From contig NW_026515680.1 of the NCBI RefSeq assembly GCF_025526975.1, positions 682,001-746,000 on the forward strand: a stretch of 64,000 nucleotides of DNA. Reading direction: 5' to 3'. The notes under the pieces were generated by a model, which was given only the letters and a program-made list of their open reading frames with translations, was not told where the DNA came from and searched no databases. The position numbers and the translations under genes were made by a program. The stretch comes from Fimicolochytrium jonesii. Lineage: Eukaryota. Shown here piece after piece: positions 11,726 to 25,400 of this stretch (within the stretch, counting starts at the first letter, position 1; the number at the start of each line of letters is the position of its first letter).

Positions 11726-12310
11726 CTTTTTGCGCGTGGAACTGTATAGGATTCTGGACGAGGGAAAGGGAAGGGAATGGATGGATGCAGCAGGGCAGCT
11801 CAGCGCGCGCGTGTTCCGTCATCCGCAGAGCAACATTCGACAGCTGCTGTTACTGTACCTTCGCAACTCCCTCGCATTCGGATGAGACTAGCCTTCGGAG
11901 GCGTGCATGGAAGACGATGGTTAGGCGCACGTCTGTGTCTACGGCGGAAGAGACGTATCGAAGGTCTATCTGGGAGGAAACGGATGCACGCATCGCCCAG
12001 AACAACGCCGTTTGGCCAGGGACTAAGGCGGCACGGTGAGGGATCGGATATCACTAGTAATGAAGGGGCTTGCGCGTACATGCGACAGTTCTGCGAGATT
12101 GCGTCTCGGGACGAGCTGTAGCCTGTCTGTCGCTTATCAGGACCAAGCCCCTTAGCCGACCTCGCCATGACGGCCCGGGGCATATCAGCCTTTTATGAAG
12201 TAGTGCCACTATCCACCAGTATATTATTGATAACAAGTTATGAGGAATTCCCGCGAAGCATCTCCCGAGTCGACTCAAACCGCCAAAAACCGTACGCAAT
12301 GTAGTCCAAG

Positions 12311-12899
12311 TCAGGCCAACTCCACCAACCGGCCTACATCCGAGCCAGTCCTAACAAGTTTCCGATGCTGACCACTCCATTCTACTGCTGCCCTATCGTC
12401 AGATTCCCGGACCCCTGCTCGACAGCCGCATCGCGTGCGGGACCCGTGATGATGACCCGCCGTCCATTCGAGATTGAACGGTCCTGGCGAGTCCGAGAAG
12501 GGCGTCTGCTCTTGGTGTGTTATCCAATGAGCCTCGTCCTCAGCGTCTTCATTAACGTCAGCGTCCGCGTCACCCTCCGTATCGTCCTCAAATTGTTCCT
12601 CTTCATCATTATCGACATCACCTTGAGATGGATTCGAACGTGGTGCATGGGCGTGCTCGACGACTTTTGGTAGCTGCTTCCGGACCTTCTTGTAATGCGT
12701 TCCGCATGTTGTAGTGCAATTTCCGCATCGCTTCGAACTTGTCGTGTCTTGCCCTCTCTGCAATCCGGGGCTGAAGCGCATTCATACAGGGATATCGTTA
12801 TCCAACAACACCCACGTTCAGCGATCATCCCCTGCTCCGGTCCATCGCCCCACTCATCCACCGGCACCCTTCTCGTCCCGACATCCGGGTGTGCCCCAT

Positions 12900-12931
<32 letters not shown>

Positions 12932-13270
12932 ACGCGCTCGGCCTTCCCCCTCTCCCTCCCACAAACCCAAGAGCGTCTGTCAGCCCCACCAGTGCTATAG
13001 CAGCCGTATTCCGAAGCACCATATCCCAGGGAGAGTCCTAGCGTATGTAAGGCGTTTTGGGCTCGGTGATCTTCATCGTGGTGGATTTGGCGTTTCCGTT
13101 AGTTGAAGGTTTGTTTCGTCCCGTCTTATGCATCTTATGCTGGAAGACCTCCTGCATGTAACGTTGGCAGAACAGGAAAGGAGGGGAAAGGATCGAAAGA
13201 CGCGGCGCTTTGTCACTCACTTCTCGTTCGAGAGAATTGGCCGCCACGATTGCCTCCATTGGGCCTCCAT
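12311..13270 (-). pseudogene. Protein phosphatase 1 inhibitor-2 (IPP-2/GLC8-like), disrupted
   Basis: RPILSN (SILK-like), IRRDETNLQLTE (expected WDE), MKITEPKTPYIR followed by TAG (13038-13040), HDKFEAMRKLHYNM and an acidic tail. Frameshifts near 13090 and 12680; intron at 13152-13220. Confidence 0.8.
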
Positions 13271-13400
13271 TTCCCAGTGGTGCCCATCCACGTTGCAGGC
13301 GGTCTCACTCAGTCATACGGCCGGTGAACAGGCACTCAAACGGTACCTGTAGTGTCACATACCGTCGTCTGGAGTGCACCGCTCCGGTTTGCAAACAGGC

Positions 13401-16400
13401 ATGTCTTCAGACAACCTGGAAAGTCTGAGGCGAGGCTTACTTGACCTCAACGGGGCAATTGAAGTCAGGCGTCAGGACATAAACACCAAAGCGCTCGCCG
13501 AAGACGTCCTGGAGGCTATCGGCTCGCTTGACAAACCGGACTTTGGTGAGACATCCTTGTCGACTTGTGGTCAAATGTGCTGCAGAAATTGAACGCTACT
13601 TCAGCCCTAGCGAGCGCTTACATCTTCGACTCGGAGAATGGTTTGTTGACCTACCTCCGATCATCTCGAGGCCGGAAGGAGCATGAGGATGCGCAGGCGG
13701 TGCTCCTCAATGCGTTGGAGCGCTTCATGTCGGCTTCGCCTGCTTCGTGCCGACCGTATACAGCGGAGATACAGGTATGCGGCTTCTTCCGCCAAATCTT
13801 GTTGCAGGAAGGCGCTGATGTGGTGGCGATCAACAGACGGACTGCATCAATGCATTCGATTCCGCGAAAGCTGCTAGAACGAAGGATGCCTCGTTGATGC
13901 CACTGAATGCGTTGATCGTTCCGACGATCGGAGCGGGGGATGCAGAGAAGTTGCAGGTCAAACGGATTATTTCCTTGTAAGTTGGTGGATGGGGAAACGC
14001 TCTTGTCCCAAGTCGATACTCAAAAACTCGTCGTTAGCTTCTTCGATGTATATGTCAGACAGCAGAGTAAGCTGGGTGCCTTAGTGAAAGGATCTATCCT
14101 GAAGCTCCTAGCCGCCGCATGTCGCCACCACTGGAATGTAGTGGAGGGAAATCTTCCAAAACAGATGGACAGAATGCTTCAACAAGCCATTTCAACCCTA
14201 TTTGGCAAAGACCCGAACCTGTCCTACGTAGAAAGCGCCCTCAGGGCACTCGACGAGTTCATGTTTGTATACACCGACGTTGACCTCACCGCCGTCTTCA
14301 CAATCATCAAAAACATCTTGGGCCTATTGGTAAATACTTCCTCACATCCTTCCGGCGTACTCGTGTCCTCACCTAGACCCACATATATAGAGCTCAGCCG
14401 ATACCTTCTCCCGCTACGGCGTCTTCACTGCCACCATGCAGATAATAATAGATCATGCGACCTCTTTCAAATCGTTGTTGTACAATCGCGCTATGGACGT
14501 GTGGAATGATCTGAGGGCTGCGTGTACGAACAGAAACTCGGATGTGTCGAGGTTGGGGTACCGCGCAATGGATTCGTTTCTGGGTGCTGTTGCGTTGGTG
14601 CTGAGGGAAGATGAGGGGGATGAGGCTAAGCGGTTGTTTTGGGTTCGTCGGCGCACCTGCACCTTGAGTGGGGTTCATGTCGAACATTTGTTGATGATAC
14701 TTCGTTATAGTGGTTTATGACTCGCTTCGGCGAGTTGATCGGCCAGGAGCTGACATACAAGGACACATCATTGGCTGTCCGTGCGTATGGATACTTTGCA
14801 GCACCTTGCCGACGTCACGGAACGGCTGAAGATCTCAGAGGCATCCTCGACACCCTGATGAAGAAGAGTGCCGCGTTGCTTACCGCAAAGTATGCAGCAC
14901 GGATGCGACTTATGGAGTTCGTTGCGACTTGAGCTAAACTCGTTTTGTTCGCGGAAGTCCGACACAGAACCGAGACGAGAGTGTGCACGTCCCCTCGTTC
15001 CTAGAAGCGTACTCGTACATGGCCGAGCAACATGCGGAAGCGGACAAGAAATTTTACCTCGCTATCGGTAGGCCAAATGCTGCATCGATTGACTGGTTTG
15101 GCACATTGAGCTGACGCACATATCGCTAGCTGACTTGAGCAAGAGCATGCTGTTGCGGTATCCGTCCATGAGTTCGGCGTATCAAGGCCTTAGCGTGGCT
15201 GCACTGCGGAAATTGTTGTTGATCTTAAACAGGCAGGGTCCTGGGGGGCGGAATGTGTGGTCGACGACAGGTATGCGTGCTTCTGAACGAGCTTGTTGAG
15301 TAGTGGGGATTTCTGACCCTTTGGCACTTGCAGCCTACGATGCCCTCCTCCTAACTTGCTCAACCCCCAACTCCGACACCAACATGGAGTCCACCCGCTT
15401 CGCTTTCGATGACTACATGAACTTCTGGATCCACCTCTTCCGCAGCCCCAGTGCCGAATCCCACATCGACCCTGCCGAAAAACAAAACCTCAACCGCATG
15501 CTCTACGACGAAACGGTCACCGCCATGCTCCAAATGGCCGAAAACCTTAACCTCAACATTATCGAACCCGAATCCGAGCCCACGGACGCATCTGAGTTGG
15601 CCGTGGTGGTGACGTACGCGAATCCTGCGGATATAGCCATTCTGAGCAACCTGACCCGTTTCGCCGACCGCTTCCTCACCGACGTCCAGTCCCGCAACTT
15701 TGCGGCATGGCTATATGTCGTAGGCGACCGGTTGATCGAGCTCTCCCTCCGGAACCCGATGATCACCAGCATATACAACCTCCTCAGCGTCGTGCTCAAA
15801 TTAGCCGCCTCGCTAGATTTCTTCAAAGACGTGCTGAAACCCGAAACCCTTGGCGCGCGCGAAGGGATGGACGAGGAAACGTTACCCACAGCAAACTCTA
15901 GCCAGAAATCGGCGCACCTCCTCTTCAGCAGCTACATCAAAACGGTCGCGGTCCGCTCAGAAGGGTTCAAAGACGACTTACTCGCGAGTTCCCTCCGCTT
16001 ACTGCTTTCATGTCCCACCGATCTCGTCTCCGTGCGCGCGTTAACCGAACCCCTCCGCACTGCATTTCGGTTAGGACTCTCCTACCAACCCCTCGCGGAG
16101 GCGGCGATCACGGCGTTGGAGCGGTGGGTGAATGATATACCTACCGCGGTGCTCAGGACGGCGTATCCGAAGATTTTGCCGGCGTTGGCGGATTATCTGC
16201 TTTTGGATGTGGAGCAGACGGCGAGGTTGGAGAAGAAGAAGGTGAAGATGAATAGGGGGATTTTCCATATGAAGGGGGTTGCGGCTAGTAGGATGCGGAT
16301 TGCTGCGATTATGAGTGAGGTACCGTAAACTTATCGAAGTAACATCTTGATCACGATATGTGTTCTGATATGGGTGAGGATAGACGGAAGACGCTTCCGC

Positions 16401-19400
16401 CCAATCCTGCGCCATCCGCCTCCGCGTCATAACCCTCCTCGGCAACATCGGCACCTCCAACCGTCTCATGCTCGCCGGGTTCCGCGAAAACCAGCAGATC
16501 CTCGCCTGGGACACCGAAAAACGGCTGGCATTCGATGTCCCCTTTGCGGAAATGAGCTGCAGGATTTATTTGGACGATATGTTGCCAAGAGTGATTGAGT
16601 TGGCGGAGAATTCGCCGGATAGGAAGACGAAGGTGGCTGCGACGGAGCTGTTGCATGCGTTGGTGTTGCTGATGATTGGACGGAGCGCGAAGCAGTTGAG
16701 TGGGACGGGGGAGACGGAGGTTAAGCAGGTGAGTATCACATTTTCTTACCATAGGATGTGATGTAATATTCACGTCGATCCACCCCCCACAGAGCCCATT
16801 CCACAAACTTTACAGCAAAGTCTTCCCCGCGCTCCTCCGACTAGCCATCGACTTGGACACTGTAACGCGCGAGTTGTTCCGACCGCTGGTGTTTCAGATC
16901 ATCCACTGGCTCACTCGGAACGCGCGGGCGGAAAACCCGGAGACTATGGCGATGTTGAATGTTTGTTTGGAGGCTGTCAGCGGGACCAATGGGGCTGTAA
17001 GCGTTCTTGTGGATATGTCTCGGTGTGAGGTGTGGGCGGTTTTTGATGGAAGGGTTTTGACAGCTGCGGGATTTTGCGGGTGAATGTATTCGCGAGTTTT
17101 TGATCTGGTCTATCAAGCATACGCCACCAGCGGTAAGTCACTCGACGGGCAGAGAGTAGTCGGGATTGAGTATGTAGCTCAACCGTCTTTTGGTTGGGGG
17201 TCAGTCCAGAGGCCAGGATCTGGACGAAGACCAAGACCACGAAACCAAGACAGTAAATACAAAGTCCCTCCTGAGGCGCCTATTCCGCCTGCTCTCCCAC
17301 AGCAGCTCGCAGAAAAGGCTGGGCGCGGCTATCGCGTTCAACCGCATCTACCGCGTCCTGCGGTATGTATGCACAATCCTCCCGCTTCCGCTTGACCTTC
17401 ACTAACATCTCGATCCCAGAGAAGACGACGCCCTAATGAGCGAATTCCTCTTCCTGACCCTCTACAACCTCCTCGGCGCCCTCCGGCTCGCCGACCAAGA
17501 CCCCCCCGCCTCCGGCGTCCATCGCGAGATCAAGAACGCCATCGGACACTGCGTGAAGATCCTCAAAGCCAAAAAGGACGTGTTCAATCGCGTGTATAAG
17601 AAACGGCGCGAGTTTCCGGGGCTCAGAAGGCAGGATCTGGATGGTCTGCTGGATTGGATCTTTTTGGAGATTGGGAAGCCGGAGTTGGATTATGCGCAGA
17701 TGATGAAGGGGTTGTTTATGGAGATTGTGCCGTTGGTGTCTAGTAAGTGCCGTGTAGGGGTGACCGCTCATGGGAGTGTTATCACCAATACTGATGTGGA
17801 TTTAGGTCCTAAGTCATGGGTCGGGAAACGCATCAAAGCGGATTCGAACTACGTGCCCAACATCCTCAACAACAACCTCCAGAATGTACCGAGGGGATTG
17901 AGATTGTCTGAGCGTCGGGCCAAAAAATGGGTCGGACGCCTGATTAGTTCGCTCGAGGGCTACACGTTCTTGCTGGATACTCGAATCCTTGACGGGACTT
18001 CCATTCTTAGCAACAACCGCGTCCTGCTGTCGGCAATAACCTTCTTCGTGGAAAACTACGCCCTTCGAAGCGAGGAACCTGATCTAGACCCTCAAGCTCG
18101 GCTACAAGCCGACGAGCTCCGTTCTTTCGCGACCGTTCGCGTGTTTGGCATACTGGAGGCATTGTTGCAGAGCGGCACCGAAATCCCTGACAGCGTCGGC
18201 CTATGGACCCCGCATTTCTTCCGTCTCGTAGCTTTAGTGATCTTCAAACCAGCCGCCGCGGGATTTGCACCCGAAAGCGAGGACGTTAAGAGGAATCTAC
18301 CTTTGCGGATGGTGTCTCTGCTTCGACTCATTCCCACATCGACGCTCCGCTTCGACTGCATCAGAGATGTGTACCTTGCGGACGACTGCGACATTTCGAG
18401 TCTAGATCTCACGGACGGCCGAAATCGGCTCGCAATCAGTCAGAGCGTTATTGGGTTGCAGCAGATTCAGAAAGCCGGGTTGTTTGCGAAGTTTATGGAG
18501 AGTACTGATGTCGATGTTTACAACCAGCTGTTTGATGCGACCAGGCAAATGAGGAAGAATACTAGTCCTGGAACCACTATCATTGTCGGCAATATGGTTG
18601 AGATTTGTTTGGAGAGTGAGACACACCGGGAACGCTGTTTTCGAGAGCTGCTGGTGGGTTTTGGGTGCAATATTTGCTTGTTTTCACATCTGATGCGCTC
18701 GTTACCAGGGTTTGGAAAGCAGAAGCAAGTACGAGAACGGCATCGCGTTCTATCAGCAATACGGGAACCATGTGCGTAAGAAGGTGCCACAGACGTATGC
18801 CCGTTGATCTTTTACTCACTGGTTCGGTCATGTAGATCAACCCGTGGATCGCGCGAAATCTTGGAGCTTCGATCCCGACATTGGAAAAATACCTCCACCA
18901 TCCACTCGTCAGCGACATACTGCGCTGGGTCTCCAACTACCTGTTGGTCAATCGTAGCGCGAAGGATACTTGTCACAAGATCTTCATCGACCAGGTAAGG
19001 TTTCCTTGCGTATCTGCGAACACACCGAAACGTACGCGCTAACGATTGGGAAACAGCTCGTCGGGAACGATGGTTTCGTACGGAAAATGAGTGAAGTGTT
19101 TGACCCAAGTGATCTGCTCCAATTGTGGCATATGATTGTTCGGCTGGATCCTGGCATCGTTGCGAGAACGCAAGGCACACGATTTTGCAGGATCTTCACA
19201 CAAGTCTATGTTTCATTCCTCAACTCTTCGAACCCACGGCCTTTCTTGAATGATGCGTTTGCATTGCTTTCGGTTTTCTTGACACCGGAGAATGCTGAAG
19301 AGGTGAGAATCAGATCGCACCACTCTCATCTTTCGGGAGGTGGCATATTAAACCCTGTGTCACAGGTCGAGAACAGGCTAAGCAAAATCGTAAACGACCA

Positions 19401-22400
19401 TTTCCCGCTTTCTCCGGGCGACATGAAAGAGGGCTCGTCGCAACAAGTCGACTACGCGCAGAGCATGGCCACATTACTGGACGGTCTTGGAACCCTCAAC
19501 ACGATTGTGATCGCAAAAGTTTTGATCATGCATATTTGCATACATCCGAATCACCCCTTTGCTGAGCAGTTAGGGGAGCGACTTGCGAATGCCGGGCGCC
19601 GATGCCCGCCGAAGGACGTCGGGAATCTGCTTGCATTGTTGTGGAGGTGAGCAGCGAAAACTCTGTCGATACATCCGCCTTCATGCGGAAGCTAATGCTT
19701 CGGGCTAGTTATTTCGGTGATGCCACTATTCCCGCGGACTTCCGGAAGAACGTCGTGCGCTATGCCTTACTACCGCTCTTGCGAGCCTCGTCCCCTGACT
19801 TCGTCGCGAAAACGTTCGAGCAAGAAATTAACAATATCATGACTATCCTAAAACAGACATTGTCTCCAAAGCCCTTGGATCTACTGATGAGCAAAACCGC
19901 GGGCTTCGAACTACTCACCACATGCTACCAGCACAGCGACGTTAGCGCGCTGCACAGCGCCGAAGGCATTGTCATGCGTGCCTTCATCAAAAAGTTCCCG
20001 GACACCCCGAATGCCGATAAACCCAACGCCCTGTCTGTTGCAATCATCCGGCAGGCCGAGGATGCGCAGAAAGAGCGCATTCCGGACATTCCCAATGCGC
20101 GCCAGTTGGGTCTAGAATTCCATCAGGCGGCTTTCAACGCCTGCTGCGCGGTCTTTGCTGCAACGCAAACGAAAAACCTCGAGTTCTTTTTGGTGAAGAA
20201 GATCTTTCAGCGGGATGCACCTCATTGGAGCAACATCGTGGACATGGAGGTAGATTGACTGAACAAGTTGATGCGAAGTGTGGTTGAGAGCTCTGACATG
20301 TCCATCCTCAATAGGAGAATGTTGAAGACGTGCTTCAGTTTGAGATCCAAAACGACGCAAACGCAGCGGAGCAATCTACTGGCAGATATGTATCAACGCA
20401 GTTCCTTGCAGAGAGCAGTTTGAGTCAGGTAAATTCAAATAGCTCTATCTGCGCCTCCATTCGCTAATGCAAAAATCGTTTCAGACCACGAGCTTGAGCA
20501 TACCAGACGGAGCCTTCACTCAGGAAGCACAAGAGAATGGGTTGGAGAACAGAGCTCTCAACCACGCTGCAAGGGCAGATCGTGCACGATACGTAAGTGC
20601 GGCACACTGTGGTAGGTATGGCTTGACGAACCCCCAAATGACCTCCGATCCTTAGATATACGGTCATAACCCATGTACGGGAACAGTTGTGGAACTGATC
20701 TCGAAGGTGTCAGGCACGGTACAAGATGGTGCGAGTATGCCAGGTTGGATGACCGAGCTATTGGAGAGAATGCAAATGAAGGGTAAGACCTTGGTGGGAA
20801 GGATACTTTTTTGCTGTGGTGGTCCGTAACAGGTGACTTTCACCAGGCACACCGCTAAACCTTCGGGTGTACATTGCGGCGATCGTTTTGAACCGAAAGG
20901 AGCTGTTCAGTGCTTATGCGGAGCAGTGGTGGAGGCCGGTCGCCGAAGTGATCCAGGATTATCCATACTCCAACGGCATTGGCCCCATGATCCAGGTTAG
21001 CCCCATGAGTCTTTGTTCAATCTGGGAATACCGATGTAATTCTTCATAGAGTCTTTGCAACGAGCTTCTTCTTTGGGGCGGGCACCTGAGGCATGGCAAG
21101 ACCACGACGGCGCACTTTTCCCCGCCAGACAAGTCGCAGTCTCGTGCAGTCATCTACGGCATGATGGTAATTGCACCCCAGTGTTCTTCGCGCATATCGT
21201 TGTTGACTGGACGTTCCGCTGCAGCGAGCATTGGTTGGGGGTGCAATCAGGCCAAAGTCGATGGCCGAAGTGAAGCGCAATATGAGTATCATATCAGCAT
21301 TCGTTGAGATGTGGAAGCATCTGATGACCCCTACAACGGTATGTCCATTCCATTTATCGTTCTCGTTACCGTGCAAATTTGACATCTTGCATCTAGGAGG
21401 AGATACTAAACTGCATAAGTGACGGCGAAAAGAAGATCAATGAGAAAGACAAGAAGGAACTCCTCGCTGGCATTCTGCTGACTTCCGTCTTCATTCTGAA
21501 CGATATCAATCCATTCGATGTTGGAGGATTAGGCAATCGGAGTATGTCAGAGATGCAATTCTGGAAGATCTTCTTGTCGCTGCTCGACCACAAGCGGCGC
21601 GACGTATATGCCTCTGCCGCGGAGGTCTTTGGACGATGGTTGGCTCTCGTTCAAAAGCAAAACCTGGATCTGTATGAACTGCTTCAGACGGAATTGCAGC
21701 AGCGGGTGAGTCCTGGCGAGAAAGTATCTTTTTATTTGAACGACCGAGTTGATTCGCTGCATGCAGATATCCTCCCTGAACGGGATCAAAGGAACCGCCG
21801 TCGATCAAGATCGCTTCATTCAGACTTTAGCCAGCCTGAGCACCGGTTACCCAGAGATTGTCAAAGGATCTTCCAGGGACCTGCTGTACATCTTTCCTCG
21901 CCTGAGTGGAAAGCTGCGCGCCCGATGCCTATATGCAATCTCATCATGTGGTCCGCAAATCGAGAACATCTTTGAAGACCTTCGCGCAAAGAATCTCAAA
22001 GACCTGATCGCGCAAAGGGACGAGGAGACTCAACGGCTCATTTTGGTCATTTTGTACAACCTTGTGCCTTCCTTGACGGTGGATCAGATATCCTACTTCC
22101 TTCCGACCATGCTGAGGACCTTCAACAGTAGCTCCTCCGAGCTATGCAGAACGGCGTATTTTAGTCTGTTGGTGCGCATCTACGATCGGTTGGAAGATAA
22201 CGACAACCTGAGGAACAAAGTCAGACTGGCCATCCTCGAAGGCTTGGTTGACCCCCTCGAGGAGATCCGAAGCGGCGTCGGCACTTTTTTGAATCAAGAT
22301 GGGCAATTAGGAAACAAAGACATATATCAGCGCACGCAATTGCTACTGGGAATGTACGACCCTCAAATCGAGAGTTCGTTCTTGCATTTTGTCACTTCAT

Positions 22401-25400
22401 TCCTGTTGGACGCAACCAAGGAAACTCCGCAGTATACTGCAAAGCTGGTAAGCACTTTTCGGCACACCGACATAATCCTGGTTGCAAACCCTCATCCATC
22501 ATCAGTTCGACAGCGGGCTACCGGATGCGAAGTTTGTGGATGCTCACATCGACGTCTCTTGGACCCCCGCCGGCTCAATGCAGCCAATCTTCGCTGCTAC
22601 ACAAAACGGCAATGCTTCGCTCGCCACTGGCACTCCCGCATCTCAGTTTGTTCGTGCCACTCAACAGGCGCAGTGGACATTGACCCAGGACATGAACCCA
22701 ACCCAAGCCCGAGATGCATTCTCAGTCGTCGAGTCTGAGGTTTCGCTCGCGCTGGGGAGTCTTCAGGACACGTCCTCAGGGGCGTCTCTAGGAGGTCGTT
22801 CCCGAAGGACGGAGGTTGACGTCCGTCGACATTACGCTAACCAGTCGGAACGACAGAGGCGAATCAAGCTCCAAACTCAAATGTTGCAGAAAGCGGCGCG
22901 AGCAAAGACCGTTACGCTTTCCCGAAAGTATCGAATCGGAGAGCTTCCTGACATCGAGATCGGACACAAAGAAGTCCTCGCCCCTCTTCAACATTTGGTC
23001 ACTAGGGATGCCGAAGTCGCGCAACATGCGTTCAGCGCGCTTCTCACGGCCATAGTTGATAATGTTGGCGTAGGGCATGGAAAGGTATGAAATAGAGTTT
23101 GGCCAGTGGAGCTAGTGTACCGTCGTTCTGATATGATGTTCTGTTTGTAGAGGCAGCGAGAGAGCGATTCCTTCCGCACTGCCATCGAGGAGGGATTGTC
23201 ACGCATCATCTCAACTTCGACAAACTTTCACCCTCCAATGCTTGCTGCGGCATTGAGGTCAATGTATTCAATGTCTTCAACGAATTTCGATCCCGTGGCC
23301 TTGTCGCGTGCTAGCGAACAGAGTTCCAATACGCAACTGGGCGTTTCCCTACTGGAGCAAGCACTTCTGGCTGGGAAAGCCCCTGCGACGAAACGGCGGC
23401 GCACTGATGACGATGTGGGTCCGGGCATCAACAAGCAGCTCTGGCTCCGGCTGGCGTTCCTGTACAAGTCGATTGCATACTTCAATGTGTATCGAAGCAT
23501 TGTGGAGCATCGAATCTCGACTTCGCCGTTTGTGAAGGAAGCGATCGCGGCCGAAACCATGAAACAGTACGACAACGCTCTCCAGAAGTACAAAGAATCA
23601 CTGAGTGGAGAGCGTCAGGACCGAGTTGACCAGTACGAGCGGGACATTTGCCACCGCGGCCACGGGGAATGCTTGGAAAATCTCGGCCTATGGGAGGCTC
23701 TTGCGGAGCATGTGATGGAACATGTTGATAATCAGACTCAGAACCTGTGGAAGTCGGAGAATGTCGACCCGTACCTGGAGCAGTTTTTCAAAGCTTATCT
23801 GCGCTTGCGAGATGGAATAGTTGACGAATCTGGGATCTTTATTCCATGGGAAGGAACGAGCCCGTTGATGTCCTTGGTAAATGTCGGATTGAACGATGCA
23901 ACCAAAAAGTAAGGGCAAGCACAATTTCTCAGCCGTTTTGGTGATTCATGCCATTGATACCTCTCCCCCCTTTAGAGAGCTACTCGAGAACAAGTTTCCG
24001 GAAGGTAGGCGTGGTCTCGGACAAACCTGGTCAATGCTTATGACTTACGCAACGTTGGGTGTCTCTAGAACTGTGTCTGTTGATGCTCTCCTCTGGTGAC
24101 CTGCAACGGGCTCGTCACTACAGTCAGCGCGCAATCGACGGCATCCTGGCCTCCTTCACAAGCCTACACCCGCTCGCATCCGAAGCTCGCCAGATGCGGC
24201 TCTCATCCCTGCAGATCATCGTGGAAGTTAAAGCGTTTGTGGATTTGTTGGAGTCTCGCGGAAACACTGACTTCGGCGTGAAGGTCGGGAAGTTCTTGGC
24301 GTCATGGGACTCCCGCAGTCTCTCGCCCTTGCAGGATCCCATGCCGTTGTGGCTTGATGTGGTGCTGTCGCGAGAGCAGATACTCGAGCAGTTCGGCAGG
24401 CTGGACCTCATGGATGTTGATCAAGCGGCTCTCCAACCCGTTCTCACTAAATTGCATAAGGGGATCAGGAAAGCGGCTACCAAGCAACACAACTTCGTGG
24501 TTGCGGAGCGGTATACAACCGCGTCTGAGGACTTTGATCCGGAGGTATCCCTTGCGACCTTGAAGCTGGCGTACAAGCGTTTGATATACTTGGACGATGT
24601 GGCGAAAGCGGAGCTTGCATCTCGCACAGTCGCGAGCTTCTCGTATTACTCGGTAAGCAATGTGCTGACATCGCTTGTTGGAGATCAAAATGCTGATGGC
24701 GGCGCTCGCAGGCTAGGATCGCATCCCTCGACACGACATTGCGAGCCAAATACATGTTCCTGCAAGGCCGTCTGTTCGACGAAATCTTTAAGGGATTGAT
24801 CGCGAGTGAAGACTTCAGTTCGACCCTGCAAGGCAACAAATACATGCGCAAAGCTCTCAAATCTGCAGGAGGTGGTCGCTCGCCCAACGCATCTGGATTA
24901 CTCGCTTTCGCCATCGAAGAATCACTGAAGTATTTGACCGAAGGTGTGACACTTGCACCGAGCAATAAGCGGCGGATGTATCTCGCTACGCACTGCGATT
25001 CCATGGTTCGATTGAAGGAGGATTCTCCGGATTCGGTGAGTTGGACAGAACATCGAGAGGCCATCTAAAGCCTTCTAGCATCTAACTTGGTCACGTTTGC
25101 CAGCCGTGCGATTTCGATCTAGCCCGATACGCTGTCATAGCCACCGAACACACACTCGCAGCGATGCAAGACGTTTACGCGCCCGCCATCGAGATTTTCC
25201 CCCGCCTCTTGCAGCTCCTCCACACCTACGACGGCGTCGGAAATACCTTCCTCCAGCTAGCAACAAACGCACCCGCCTGGACATTCCTCCGCTGGCTTCC
25301 CCAGATAACAGCTCTCCTCGACAAACCCGCCGCCACCGCCCTATTCCCGCTCATGCACAAGATCGCCGCCGAATATCCCACCGCGGTCTATTTCCCGCTC

